Shown: positions 27,942 to 36,760 of the stretch, piece by piece
How the letters are laid out: every line of letters begins with the position of its first letter
Position numbering within the stretch: the stretch's first letter is position 1
Origin: a virus
Taxonomy: Duplodnaviria > Caudoviricetes
Direction: 5' to 3' (one strand)
Length of the DNA: 64,000 nucleotides
Virus record (IMG/VR): IMGVR_UViG_3300013383_000025
Coordinates: 1-64,000 of that record
Notes under the pieces: model-generated
Told to the model about the DNA's origin: nothing
Databases searched by the model: none
What the model saw: the letters and a program-made list of their open reading frames with translations, nothing else
Made by a program: the position numbers and the translations under genes

Positions 27942-28871
27942 AATGCACTAATCGGTAAATATTACCATGATTCCGGTCTTACTGTTCAGATTACTGACTC
28001 TTGCTTCAAGCTTGAGTATATTGCCGCTAATCTAGGCGTTGACCTAACCAAAGGCGGTCTTGGTGTTTATCAGAATGAGCTTACCGTTGCTACGGCTGGT
28101 CAGGTCACTCTACCACAGTCCCCGTCCACAGTTGCAGGCTCTCTAATCGGCTGGTATCGTAAACCCGGTGAAGCCGACTATTCTGTTGGTACTATCACTG
28201 AATCTACTGGCACTTATACTATGGCTATTCCTAATGCACAGGCTGGTGAGAAGTATTGTGTTATGTATTTCTATCAGAACGCCAATGCAGATAGCATCAT
28301 TATTCCTGTTGACTACGTCCCTGATGAGCTTCACGTCATCATTCTGAACGACCTGTTTAATGCAGATATTTCCACCACGAACAATGCAACGAAGATTGGC
28401 CGTCTGATTACTGATATTCCCAGACTACAGCTTGATGGTGCTCAAGACCTCAATTTGACCGCAACTTCCGCAGCCACTGTTTCTCTGTCTGGCTCTGCTC
28501 TAGCAGTTGACAACACCGATTCTTGCGAATCCGAGTCCTACTATGGCACTATGACCGAAGAAATCTTTGGTGCAAAGTGGCAGAACGAAGTCAAGGCTAT
28601 TGCATTTGAGGACGCTGACATGTCTCTAGCCGCTCAGGGTACTCAGACCGCTGTTTGCTATGTCCTGTTTGATGGCAATAAAGCGCCTAAGATTATGGAC
28701 AACTCCAACTTTACCTTTGCGGTTGAAGATGGCGACACCTATGCATCTGTTGACGCTAAGGGTGTTGTGACCGCTAAGGCGGCTGGCACGGCTCATATCT
28801 CTGCAACGCTCAAGGGCGCTGATGGTGGCGTTCCTGTCGTTGGTTATTTCGAGGTTACTGCAACCGGCTAA
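27942..28871 (+). CDS. Major tail protein, exon 2, with C-terminal Ig-like (Big_2) domain; spliced ~354 aa
   Basis: Open frame from 27942; ASVDAKGVVTAKAAGTAHISAT. Confidence 0.85.
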   Translation, partial: NALIGKYYHDSGLTVQITDSCFKLEYIAANLGVDLTKGGLGVYQNELTVATAGQVTLPQSPSTVAGSLIGWYRKPGEADYSVGTITESTGTYTMAIPNAQAGEKYCVMYFYQNANADSIIIPVDYVPDELHVIILNDLFNADISTTNNATKIGRLITDIPRLQLDGAQDLNLTATSAATVSLSGSALAVDNTDSCESESYYGTMTEEIFGAKWQNEVKAIAFEDADMSLAAQGTQTAVCYVLFDGNKAPKIMDNSNFTFAVEDGDTYASVDAKGVVTAKAAGTAHISATLKGADGGVPVVGYFEVTATG

Positions 28872-28884
28872 TTTGATTATTCCT

Positions 28885-28920
28885 AATGGGGAGAGATAGC
28901 AATATCTTTCCCCATTTTAT
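28885..28920 (+). terminator. Terminator after the major tail gene
   Basis: AATGGGGAGAGATAGCAATATCTTTCCCCATTTT hairpin. Confidence 0.75.
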
Positions 28921-28936
28921 TACGAGGTGAGAAATA

Positions 28937-29254
28937 ATGGATTGCCCATATTGCAATGTGGTTAATTATGAGAAAGTACCGACTTGTGATAAGCAAAGCG
29001 GTAACCCTATTTGTCCTCATGTGCGGCGTTGCTTAGAGCATCATATCTGGAAGCCCCTAGCGTATATGGCTAATTGTCCAATTAAGACCGCGCCAACCGG
29101 CAATGTCCAGTTTGAGAGACATGGATATCTATATGTTCAGGTTGATGACAAAGTCATCAAGGTAAAGAACCCGTATGGCTACATCCCTGACAATGTAGAA
29201 CTAAGGAAATATAAAGGAACATATAAGGTAGTAAAGGAGAATAAGGAACAATGA
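28937..29254 (+). CDS. Hypothetical Cys-rich protein
   Basis: GAGGTG RBS; CPYC...CPHVRRC. Confidence 0.75.
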   Translation: MDCPYCNVVNYEKVPTCDKQSGNPICPHVRRCLEHHIWKPLAYMANCPIKTAPTGNVQFERHGYLYVQVDDKVIKVKNPYGYIPDNVELRKYKGTYKVVKENKEQ

Positions 29255-29646
29255 AGGAAAATATTATGAGTAAAGAACCAGTAGAGATTAAGGAATACGG
29301 CATCAAGGTCAATCCGTACCTGACATATAGCCAGATTCAGTCTATTGTTGATGGACTAAAAAAGCTGGATTCATGGGCGGCTAGACAGCAGAGTATTGAT
29401 ATGTGTATCCTCTATTTCGCGACCGACTTGAAGAAGGAAGAGATTGAGGCGCACGACCATGATTATTGGCTCAAGACCGGCGTTATTGAAGAGGTACAGG
29501 CGCGGATTGAGAATATCTTCCAACTATATGACGCTATTAAATATGAGGAATCGCTACAGAAGTCCATTACTCAGATTGCAAGAGAAATGCCACGATTCAG
29601 CAATAAGGTCGATGAGGTGATGAAACTTGCCTCAAGCAAGAAATGA
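29251..29646 (+). CDS. Hypothetical protein, possible tail assembly chaperone
   Basis: Lies between the tail tube and tape measure genes. Confidence 0.6.
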   Translation: MKENIMSKEPVEIKEYGIKVNPYLTYSQIQSIVDGLKKLDSWAARQQSIDMCILYFATDLKKEEIEAHDHDYWLKTGVIEEVQARIENIFQLYDAIKYEESLQKSITQIAREMPRFSNKVDEVMKLASSKK

Positions 29647-30175
29647 TAAAGAAGTCCTAGCTATGTTGCGTAGCCCCATTATGAAAGCGATAAATTATGT
29701 TATAGATAAAATATATGATGAGAATATTGGCGCTATTCATGATGTGGTCTATATGGCATATAGCCCAGAAGAATATAATCGTACTGGCGATTTCTATGGA
29801 GCATGGGGCGCTGGTACAACCAAAGCACTGAACGAGCGAACGAGCCGTGGCACATTTGAATACAAGCCCGAAAAAATGAGCATTGGTAGCACCGACCCGC
29901 AATCATCTAATTATGCACAGCATATTGGCGTAGGTGGCGATTTTTATGGGCAGGATGCGCGACCATATTTAGCCGAACTGATATACAATGGCGCAACCGG
30001 TTCATTTTTTGGGGATGGCGCATTTCGTAAGCAACGTGATGCATGGGCTGAATTAAATAAGCGCATAGGTAGACGTAAGATGAAACAATGGATGAAAGAA
30101 GGGTTGGAGGCGGCTGGGCTTAAAGTGCAGATGCACAATAAGGCTATAGAGGTCACCACAACCAAGGTGGACTAG
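29627..30175 (+). CDS. Putative neck/tail completion protein
   Basis: VVY.AYSP.EY.RTG motif. Confidence 0.55.
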   Translation: MPQARNDKEVLAMLRSPIMKAINYVIDKIYDENIGAIHDVVYMAYSPEEYNRTGDFYGAWGAGTTKALNERTSRGTFEYKPEKMSIGSTDPQSSNYAQHIGVGGDFYGQDARPYLAELIYNGATGSFFGDGAFRKQRDAWAELNKRIGRRKMKQWMKEGLEAAGLKVQMHNKAIEVTTTKVD

Positions 30176-30177
30176 AT

Positions 30178-30684
30178 ATGAGATATATGGGAATAGACGC
30201 ATCTTCTACCTGTACTGGAATTGCCGTATTTGAAGATGACAAGCTTATTTATCATGGCGCGGTCAAGCCATCAAAAGGCCTGCATTGGCGTGAGCGACTT
30301 GAAGAAGAGGGCGAAGAAATCGAGGCGATTATCAAGCAATATAAACCGTCCTGTATTTATATTGAGGATGTTCCTTTGATGGGCAAACAGATGCAGACAC
30401 TTGTGTTGCTTGGGGCGGTACAGGGATATATACTCAGTATTGCCACACATTATAATGTGCCAGTTCATTTTTTATTACCGTCTCAATGGCGCAGCGATAT
30501 TGGCTTGTTTGATGGCTCAAAGATGGGCACAAAGCGAGATGCGATGAAGGAGAAGGCCGTACTGACGGCTAACGAAAAATTTGGGCTTAATCTAAGATGG
30601 GTGAAGCCAAAAAGTAGGCTCAATGATGATGATATCGCAGAGTCTATTCTTATAGCCTACTCACAAATAAAAAAGGGAGTGTGA
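30178..30684 (+). CDS. RuvC-like Holliday junction resolvase
   Basis: MGIDASSTCTG, IEDV, PSQWRS, DDDIAES. Confidence 0.85.
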   Translation: MRYMGIDASSTCTGIAVFEDDKLIYHGAVKPSKGLHWRERLEEEGEEIEAIIKQYKPSCIYIEDVPLMGKQMQTLVLLGAVQGYILSIATHYNVPVHFLLPSQWRSDIGLFDGSKMGTKRDAMKEKAVLTANEKFGLNLRWVKPKSRLNDDDIAESILIAYSQIKKGV

Positions 30685-30687
30685 TGA

Positions 30688-31086
30688 ATGGCTGGAAGTA
30701 ACTCAAACTACTCGATTCTGGTCGATGTTCAGCTTCAAGAAGAGAGTATAAAGAAGCAATTAAAGCAAATCCAAAATAGCAAGGATATGCAAATCAACTT
30801 CAAGGTTGGAGCAGATGGGCTAGACAAGGTAGCTAAGAACGCCAATGAGGCGACCGATGCTACTAAGCGGCTCAACGATTCTGGTGAAGACCTGCAAATG
30901 ACGTTCAACGTGGCAAATGAGGTATTTAGTAAATTCTCAGATGTCATTAGAAGTATGGTTGGTCAGGTCTATGAACTTGATGATGCACTTACAGAGTTTC
31001 GTAAAGTCTCCGAGCTGTCTGGCTCTGAACTTGACAATTATGTAGACAAATTAACCAAAATCGGTCAAACAGTTGGCCGCACCGGT
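30688..31086 (+). CDS. Tape measure protein, exon 1 (133 codons)
   Basis: ELDDALTEFRKVS...GQTVGRTG, start of a phage tail tape-measure domain. Confidence 0.9.
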
Positions 31087-31433
31087 AAACCAAATCGGTC
31101 TGAGCCGGTATGTCGCGATGGAAAAGCGGCATAGAGAACAGCCCCTAAACCCTTGAAAGCCTCAAGAGCCTTATCACTACAACATGAGGATGAGATATGC
31201 CTGAGTGTGAATTATTCATTATTTACAATGAATTTGTGCGAAAGCAGAAAGACGATAAGGATGATTCCATGGGTAAAAGCTCTAAAGAATCTGTCACGAA
31301 TAATGTATAAAATTCGTGACAAAAGGGCAGATTGGGCACGAAGTCCTGATGAGGGATGTGTCAATCGAATATACAGGGCGGCCCTCCAAAATATATAGGG
31401 TGAAGAATTATTCAGGAAGGGATTGAAAACCCC

Positions 31434-31462
31434 TTGACAAATTATCTGATATATGCTATGGT
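31434..31462 (+). promoter_or_regulatory. Intron-internal sigmaA promoter
   Basis: TTGACA-17-TATGGT with extended -10 TG. Confidence 0.75.
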
Positions 31463-31495
31463 ATAGATACTTGATAGAGAGAAGAGGTATCTAGC

Positions 31496-31699
31496 ATGAT
31501 TACAATGTCTATCGTTATTTTTTGCGGCACTATTTATTGTCTTGGTTGGCTCGCCATCATTATTTTACAGGCTTTATTTCAACCAATTGTCTGTCTGTTT
31601 AGGCGATTATTCAACAGTGGTGATGATGTACCTGAGATTATCGATGACAATGTGGCAGAAGTTGAAACAACCAAGGATGATACATGGGGGAGATTGTAA
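31496..31699 (+). CDS. Intron-borne small membrane protein A (67 aa)
   Basis: AGAGGT RBS; N-terminal hydrophobic helix, acidic tail ending KDDTWGRL. Confidence 0.75.
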   Translation: MITMSIVIFCGTIYCLGWLAIIILQALFQPIVCLFRRLFNSGDDVPEIIDDNVAEVETTKDDTWGRL

Positions 31700-31902
31700 T
31701 GGAGAGCGTATACACATCGGCTATTATTATTTGGCTCATTTTCTTCTGTTGGTTTACATATAAATGTTGTGTACCAAGATATGCAAAGCCGGGCGATAGA
31801 ACGCCGGAAGAGCGCAAACAAGATGAAGAAGAAAAGCGGCGTGATATAGCACAAGTAAAAGCCCAAGATAAATATGATAATGATTGGGGATATATTAGAT
31901 AA
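31699..31902 (+). CDS. Intron-borne small membrane protein B (67 aa)
   Basis: TAATG overlap with A; GGGGAG RBS; hydrophobic helix, charged tail ending DNDWGYIR. Confidence 0.75.
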   Translation: MESVYTSAIIIWLIFFCWFTYKCCVPRYAKPGDRTPEERKQDEEEKRRDIAQVKAQDKYDNDWGYIR

Positions 31903-31912
31903 TTTATAACCG

Positions 31913-34900
31913 TCGGAAATGGTTGAAGCTGCAACAAGCTTCAGAAAAAATAGCTTTAATGATAGCGATTCAGCAACACTGGCAAAGGTGGCTACTACAT
32001 TCCAGAATGTCAGCGATGAGGCAATAAGCGCAAGTGAATCAGCCGACTTTATTATTGCCCAAATGAAGGCATTTAATATTGAGGCTGATGACGCAGAGCA
32101 TATCATCGATGCGGTCAACGCTGTAAGTAACTCCTATGCTGTGTCATCTGGGCAATTAGCCAAGAATCTTGGTAATATGTCCTCGGCGTTGGCGGTTGGC
32201 AACAATTCATTTGAAGAAAGTCTTGGTCTTCTGACGGCTGGCGTTGAGGTGACACGAAATGCAAGCAAGGTATCTCGCGCACTTGTGTCTGTGCAATCTC
32301 GCCTGAACCAAGTTATCGATGAATCATCGTCTACGGGGCAAGCGTTAACAGAATGGTACCAAGAGCATGGGATTGCGATTCTTGACCAAGAGGGACAACT
32401 TCGTAGTCTATACGATGTATTAACAGACGTTTCCGAAATTTGGCCGACGTTAACAAAGAATGAACAGGCGTATTATCTGAATCAGCAAGCGGGTGCTAAC
32501 CAGTCACAGAATCTTGCTGCTATTCTTTCAAATTTCGACACGGCGGCAAAAGCGACCGCAACCGCACTGAATTCCGCAGGTTCGGCAATGCGCGAGAACG
32601 AAGCGTATCAATCCTCACTCGAATATCAAACCTCAGAGCTTAAAGCTGAGTTTCAAGATCTAGCAAACAATGTCATTGATAAACAGGTTATAACTGGATT
32701 CTTAAATCTCGGTCAAACAATGCTCAAGGTTGCCAATACAGACTTTGGTCAATTTGTAACTAAAGTAGGATTACTTGGCGGTGCTAGTTGGGGCATTGAG
32801 AGCTTGCTTCATGTGAGTAAAATTTTGCCAACCATTGGCAAACAGTTTACCAACTTGGGCACAGCTATTAAATTAGCGGCCGGTGGAGCGGGTACTTTTG
32901 GCGAGGCGATTGCAGCAGTTGGTGGGGGAGCTAGTGTAGCCCTGCCAATTATACTTGCCATCTCAGCTGCTATTATCGGATGTATAGAGGCGTATAAGGC
33001 ATTTGAAGAAGCCCAAGAAGCCAAAAAATTTGAGAATCTAGTTAATAACTATGAGTCGCTTAAAGAAGAAGCAGATGGCGCGGCAGACAAGCTAGAAGAG
33101 CTAAAGCAAAAGCTAGAAGACCTTAACGCCGTGCCAGAGGATGACCGAGACCAACAGTGGCGTGATGAACAAGCTGAGGTTAAGACGCTTATTGAATATT
33201 ATAATCAGCTTGAACGTGCGAGAAAGGCGCAAGCTGATGAGGCAGGGGCTGCGGCATATGGCGCAGACAGAGAAACCGGCGTTACAGTTGGACAATACTA
33301 TCAAGGCAAATATGGCGTTGAATCAAAAGAAATTGGTAGATATGCGACAACCACGGAAGCTGTAACCAAACTCGCTGAAGAAAATGACGTAACTCTAACA
33401 AGGGAACAGATGAATGAACTATCTGAGCTAACCGATGATGGTGAACGTGCTGCCAAAGCCATTGATTTCCTTAAACAGAATCTTGAAGCTCTGCATTATA
33501 CATTTGATTCTACCACGGTATCTGCGTCTGAGTATCAGTCCACTCAGGGACAACTCATGCTCGATTTGGCTGAAACAGCAAGTAAATCCGGTGAGGTATC
33601 AGATGCAGTATTAGAGCAACGTGATGCCTATATGAATGCTAATGAAGCTGAGTATTTATACCTTATTGGGCTTGGAACGCTGAATGAAGCACAACAGAAG
33701 TTTGTAAACGGCTACGAAGCCATTGCTGAAATTGGTGGGACTCAAACTCAGAACATTCGAGAGCTAGGCACAGCCGCAGAAGAATCAGTGGGCGCTTTTG
33801 AGCAATACAATAACATACTTGCGAATTATGAAGCTGCAACAGCAGGAGCATCTGGTGCAACTGAGAATCTTGTTAAATCGTTATTTGATACCAATGGTCA
33901 GCTTACCGATACTGCCAGTTATGCTTTGTCGACGAATGGCTCTATGGCAGACATGGCACAGTCATTTATTCAAGCCCAACAAGCGCAGTCTCAAGCAAAC
34001 TTCCAAAACCTAATTAACCAAATATATTCAGTCGGTCAAGCGGCATCAATAACGACTTCTCAAATATCAAGTATGATGTCCGCTGCTGGTGTTGGAATTG
34101 GAATTAGTGATACAGAATTATCAAAAAATCTTCGTCGCACCTATCAAGAAAAGTATAAGAAGAGCGTAGAAAGCGACCCCGCAGCATATAAAAAATGGTT
34201 GCAGGACTATGCTTATAAGGCTGGACAAGAGAAATATCAAATAGAGCAAAAGAAATATCAAGAGCAACTTGAGCAGATATCGTCTTTTGTCTCATCGTCT
34301 TCTGGTGGCGGTGGCAGTTCATCCTCGACCAAATCCGACCAAGAAGAAGTCAAAGCCCAAACCATCAACACGATTGAAGAACTGCGCGAATATCTGACTG
34401 ATGAATCAACACGTCTCAAGCTGATTGACCCAGACATTAGTAAATCTGATTTACAGTCGACCCTATCAGAAGTAGCCACTATATATCAATCCTATCAGGA
34501 TTATCTGTCTCAACTCAAGCAACAAGGGTTTGATGAAACAAGCGAACAATATAAAGCTGCCGAGGCTGAATTTGCTCAATTCCTAGCGGTGCTTGAAGAC
34601 CTATTTAATCAGATTGCTCAAAAGGGTAATTATACCATTGAAGAGCTGTATCAAAAATTGCAGAGTGCATTGGGCGATAGTAGCGAATTGGTAAGTAGTC
34701 TGGCTGACGGTTTTAGCTCTGTCTCAAGTAGCGTAGACGAAGCTACCAGTAGTCTGAAGCAGATGATCAAGCAAGGCAAAAAGTTACAAACGCTCAATGT
34801 TGTCGCAATGGATTCGGCTACGGGGCATCGTGTTGAAATTAGCGAAGCTTATAAAAGTGGTGCTTTAAGTGCCGAAGACATTGTTAGCGGATACGAATCA

Positions 34901-36358
34901 GCTTGGGACACTCTTCGTGCCGAATATGACTATGACCAAGAGCAATATGAGCAAGCCGTCCAAGATGCGCTTAAAAATGCCGCCGCTGAAAAAGATGTAG
35001 CCGAAGAAGTATCCAATGAATATGAGTGGCAGAACAAGTTGCTTGAGGATAAGATTGCCCTTGAAGAAAAGCTAGAGGCGCTAGAAAGAGCCAAACAACG
35101 CCGTATGCTTGTATATAGCGAAGGGCGATTCCAATATATGCAAGATGCTGACGCAATATCTAGCGCTCAAGCCGATTATCAAGAGACATATAGAGATGTT
35201 GAGCAAAGCCAGATTCAGTCATTGATGAATATGATTGGCAATGAATCATCGTCATTCTTCACTGATTATTTCTCAAAAGAAAACGCAGATGTTTTAGGAT
35301 ATGGTGAGGCATTGCGCGATCACCTGATGGGCTATCTTGGCGAAAAAATTGGCGGCTCTCTATTTGAGGGCATGGACGATGCCGGGCTTTATGATATATT
35401 TGGCGATGCGATGCAACCAGGTGCGGCATATTCTCAGATTCTGGCAGCTTATCGAGCAGAACAAGAAGCAGCTGAAAAACGCGCTGAAAAAAAAGCGGCT
35501 CTCAAGAAGCAAATTCGTGAAGAGAATGTAAGAAAATGGGGCGTCGACACTGATTTTGGTGAAAAGATAAAGAACGCTGAGTCCCAAGCAGAGGCGGCGT
35601 ATTGGGCGGACTTGCGCGATGCCAAGCTTGAGATGATTAAAGAGTACAAAGAGGCATATGGTACGGAGGCGGCCTCTAAATATTTTGGTACTGACGCATC
35701 GAGTATTGATAGTTGGAAATCCAATGAAGATCTATATCGAGAAGCGTGGGATAGCGGTAACACTGGATATGCTACATCTGCAAGCGACTTTGAGCGTCAA
35801 CATTTAGCGTATGACAGCGATGGCAGTGATAGGTATACTGTAGAAAATCCAGACCTTGAAGCGGCTGAATATAATGTTGCGTCTGGTCTTACGTTTGATG
35901 GATATAGCAAGGCAGACCAAGCTCTATATAACAAGATATTTGAAGGCTCTGTTACAAAAGACCAATTACAAAAATTATATGATAGCGACGAATTATCTGA
36001 TGTGACAAAGGGCTATATCCTTAATCTTGCCTCAGAGTTAAAAAAATCTGGTGCAACCGGTTATGCCAGTGGTACAAAATCAGCAAGTGGCGGGTTATCT
36101 CTGGTTGGTGAAAATGGCCCAGAGCTTAGAGTCCTCAATCAAGGCGACGGTATCTTGCCAAATAGTATCACAGATAATTTATGGCGCTGGGGTTCTATGA
36201 CACCTAGTGATATGCTGACATCGTTAGCCCAGAAGGCGCAGAGTTGGGCGCAGACGCTAAATATTAGCAATGTCACGTTGCCCAATGTGCGCGATGCTCA
36301 GTCGTTCGTAAGCGGACTTAGAGAATTGGCGCAACAATATGTAACAAGACGTAGTTAA
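31913..36358 (+). CDS. Tape measure protein, exon 2 (spliced ~1614 aa)
   Basis: HIIDAVNAVSN...GQLRSLYDVL, long helical region, C-terminal YASGT...LVGENGPEL. Confidence 0.92.
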   Translation, partial: SEMVEAATSFRKNSFNDSDSATLAKVATTFQNVSDEAISASESADFIIAQMKAFNIEADDAEHIIDAVNAVSNSYAVSSGQLAKNLGNMSSALAVGNNSFEESLGLLTAGVEVTRNASKVSRALVSVQSRLNQVIDESSSTGQALTEWYQEHGIAILDQEGQLRSLYDVLTDVSEIWPTLTKNEQAYYLNQQAGANQSQNLAAILSNFDTAAKATATALNSAGSAMRENEAYQSSLEYQTSELKAEFQDLANNVIDKQVITGFLNLGQTMLKVANTDFGQFVTKVGLLGGASWGIESLLHVSKILPTIGKQFTNLGTAIKLAAGGAGTFGEAIAAVGGGASVALPIILAISAAIIGCIEAYKAFEEAQEAKKFENLVNNYESLKEEADGAADKLEELKQKLEDLNAVPEDDRDQQWRDEQAEVKTLIEYYNQLERARKAQADEAGAAAYGADRETGVTVGQYYQGKYGVESKEIGRYATTTEAVTKLAEENDVTLTREQMNELSELTDDGERAAKAIDFLKQNLEALHYTFDSTTVSASEYQSTQGQLMLDLAETASKSGEVSDAVLEQRDAYMNANEAEYLYLIGLGTLNEAQQKFVNGYEAIAEIGGTQTQNIRELGTAAEESVGAFEQYNNILANYEAATAGASGATENLVKSLFDTNGQLTDTASYALSTNGSMADMAQSFIQAQQAQSQANFQNLINQIYSVGQAASITTSQISSMMSAAGVGIGISDTELSKNLRRTYQEKYKKSVESDPAAYKKWLQDYAYKAGQEKYQIEQKKYQEQLEQISSFVSSSSGGGGSSSSTKSDQEEVKAQTINTIEELREYLTDESTRLKLIDPDISKSDLQSTLSEVATIYQSYQDYLSQLKQQGFDETSEQYKAAEAEFAQFLAVLEDLFNQIAQKGNYTIEELYQKLQSALGDSSELVSSLADGFSSVSSSVDEATSSLKQMIKQGKKLQTLNVVAMDSATGHRVEISEAYKSGALSAEDIVSGYESAWDTLRAEYDYDQEQYEQAVQDALKNAAAEKDVAEEVSNEYEWQNKLLEDKIALEEKLEALERAKQRRMLVYSEGRFQYMQDADAISSAQADYQETYRDVEQSQIQSLMNMIGNESSSFFTDYFSKENADVLGYGEALRDHLMGYLGEKIGGSLFEGMDDAGLYDIFGDAMQPGAAYSQILAAYRAEQEAAEKRAEKKAALKKQIREENVRKWGVDTDFGEKIKNAESQAEAAYWADLRDAKLEMIKEYKEAYGTEAASKYFGTDASSIDSWKSNEDLYREAWDSGNTGYATSASDFERQHLAYDSDGSDRYTVENPDLEAAEYNVASGLTFDGYSKADQALYNKIFEGSVTKDQLQKLYDSDELSDVTKGYILNLASELKKSGATGYASGTKSASGGLSLVGENGPELRVLNQGDGILPNSITDNLWRWGSMTPSDMLTSLAQKAQSWAQTLNISNVTLPNVRDAQSFVSGLRELAQQYVTRRS

Positions 36359-36369
36359 TATAATATTAC

Positions 36370-36405
36370 ATCATGGTGGGTTGAGTTATATCCGCTCACC
36401 ATGAT
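36370..36405 (+). terminator. Hairpin after the tape measure gene
   Basis: ATCATGGTGGG...CTCACCATGAT. Confidence 0.55.
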
Positions 36406-36425
36406 TATCATAAAGAGGTGATTTA

Positions 36426-36743
36426 GTGTTATCTAGCGAAGAATTATTACAATCCATTGATATCTTGGCTCAAAATGCAGTTAAAGATTCAGTAAAAATA
36501 TATACGGCCATTGTCACCTCTGTAGCGGATGATTATACCTGTTCAGTTAAAGTGAATGGTAAGACGCATAGTGGTGTGACATATTATGGGGCGACTCCTA
36601 GTACCAATAAAAGCTATAGGGTATTTTGCCCAAACGGCTCAATGAATCAGGCATTTATTGTTGTACCATTGCCAGCTTACACAAAAGATGATGCTGGGAA
36701 AACATTGTCCGTGGATAGCGATGGGCGATTAGTATGGAAATGA
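36426..36743 (+). CDS. Small baseplate/spike-like protein
   Basis: OB-like beta N-terminus; DAGKTLSV..DG..W tail. Confidence 0.6.
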   Translation: MLSSEELLQSIDILAQNAVKDSVKIYTAIVTSVADDYTCSVKVNGKTHSGVTYYGATPSTNKSYRVFCPNGSMNQAFIVVPLPAYTKDDAGKTLSVDSDGRLVWK

Positions 36744-36760
36744 TGTGGAGGTGATATAAT

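Larger units (their letters stand above)
31087..31912 (+). mobile_element. Group I intron in the tape measure gene carrying two non-nuclease ORFs
   Basis: P1 ACCGGU/GCCGGU with U.G pair; P10 TCGGA/TCTGA; terminal G 31912; P7 GAATA 31367/TATTC 31409; splicing gives GRTG-SEMVEAAT. Confidence 0.92.

Noticed and set aside
31343-31356. CTGATGA hammerhead-like core in the tape-measure intron
   Set aside because: It is a short hairpin loop just before P7, with no correctly placed GAAA and stems
31153-31398. 81-aa ORF inside the tape-measure intron
   Set aside because: Overlaps the ribozyme core, has no RBS and no nuclease motif
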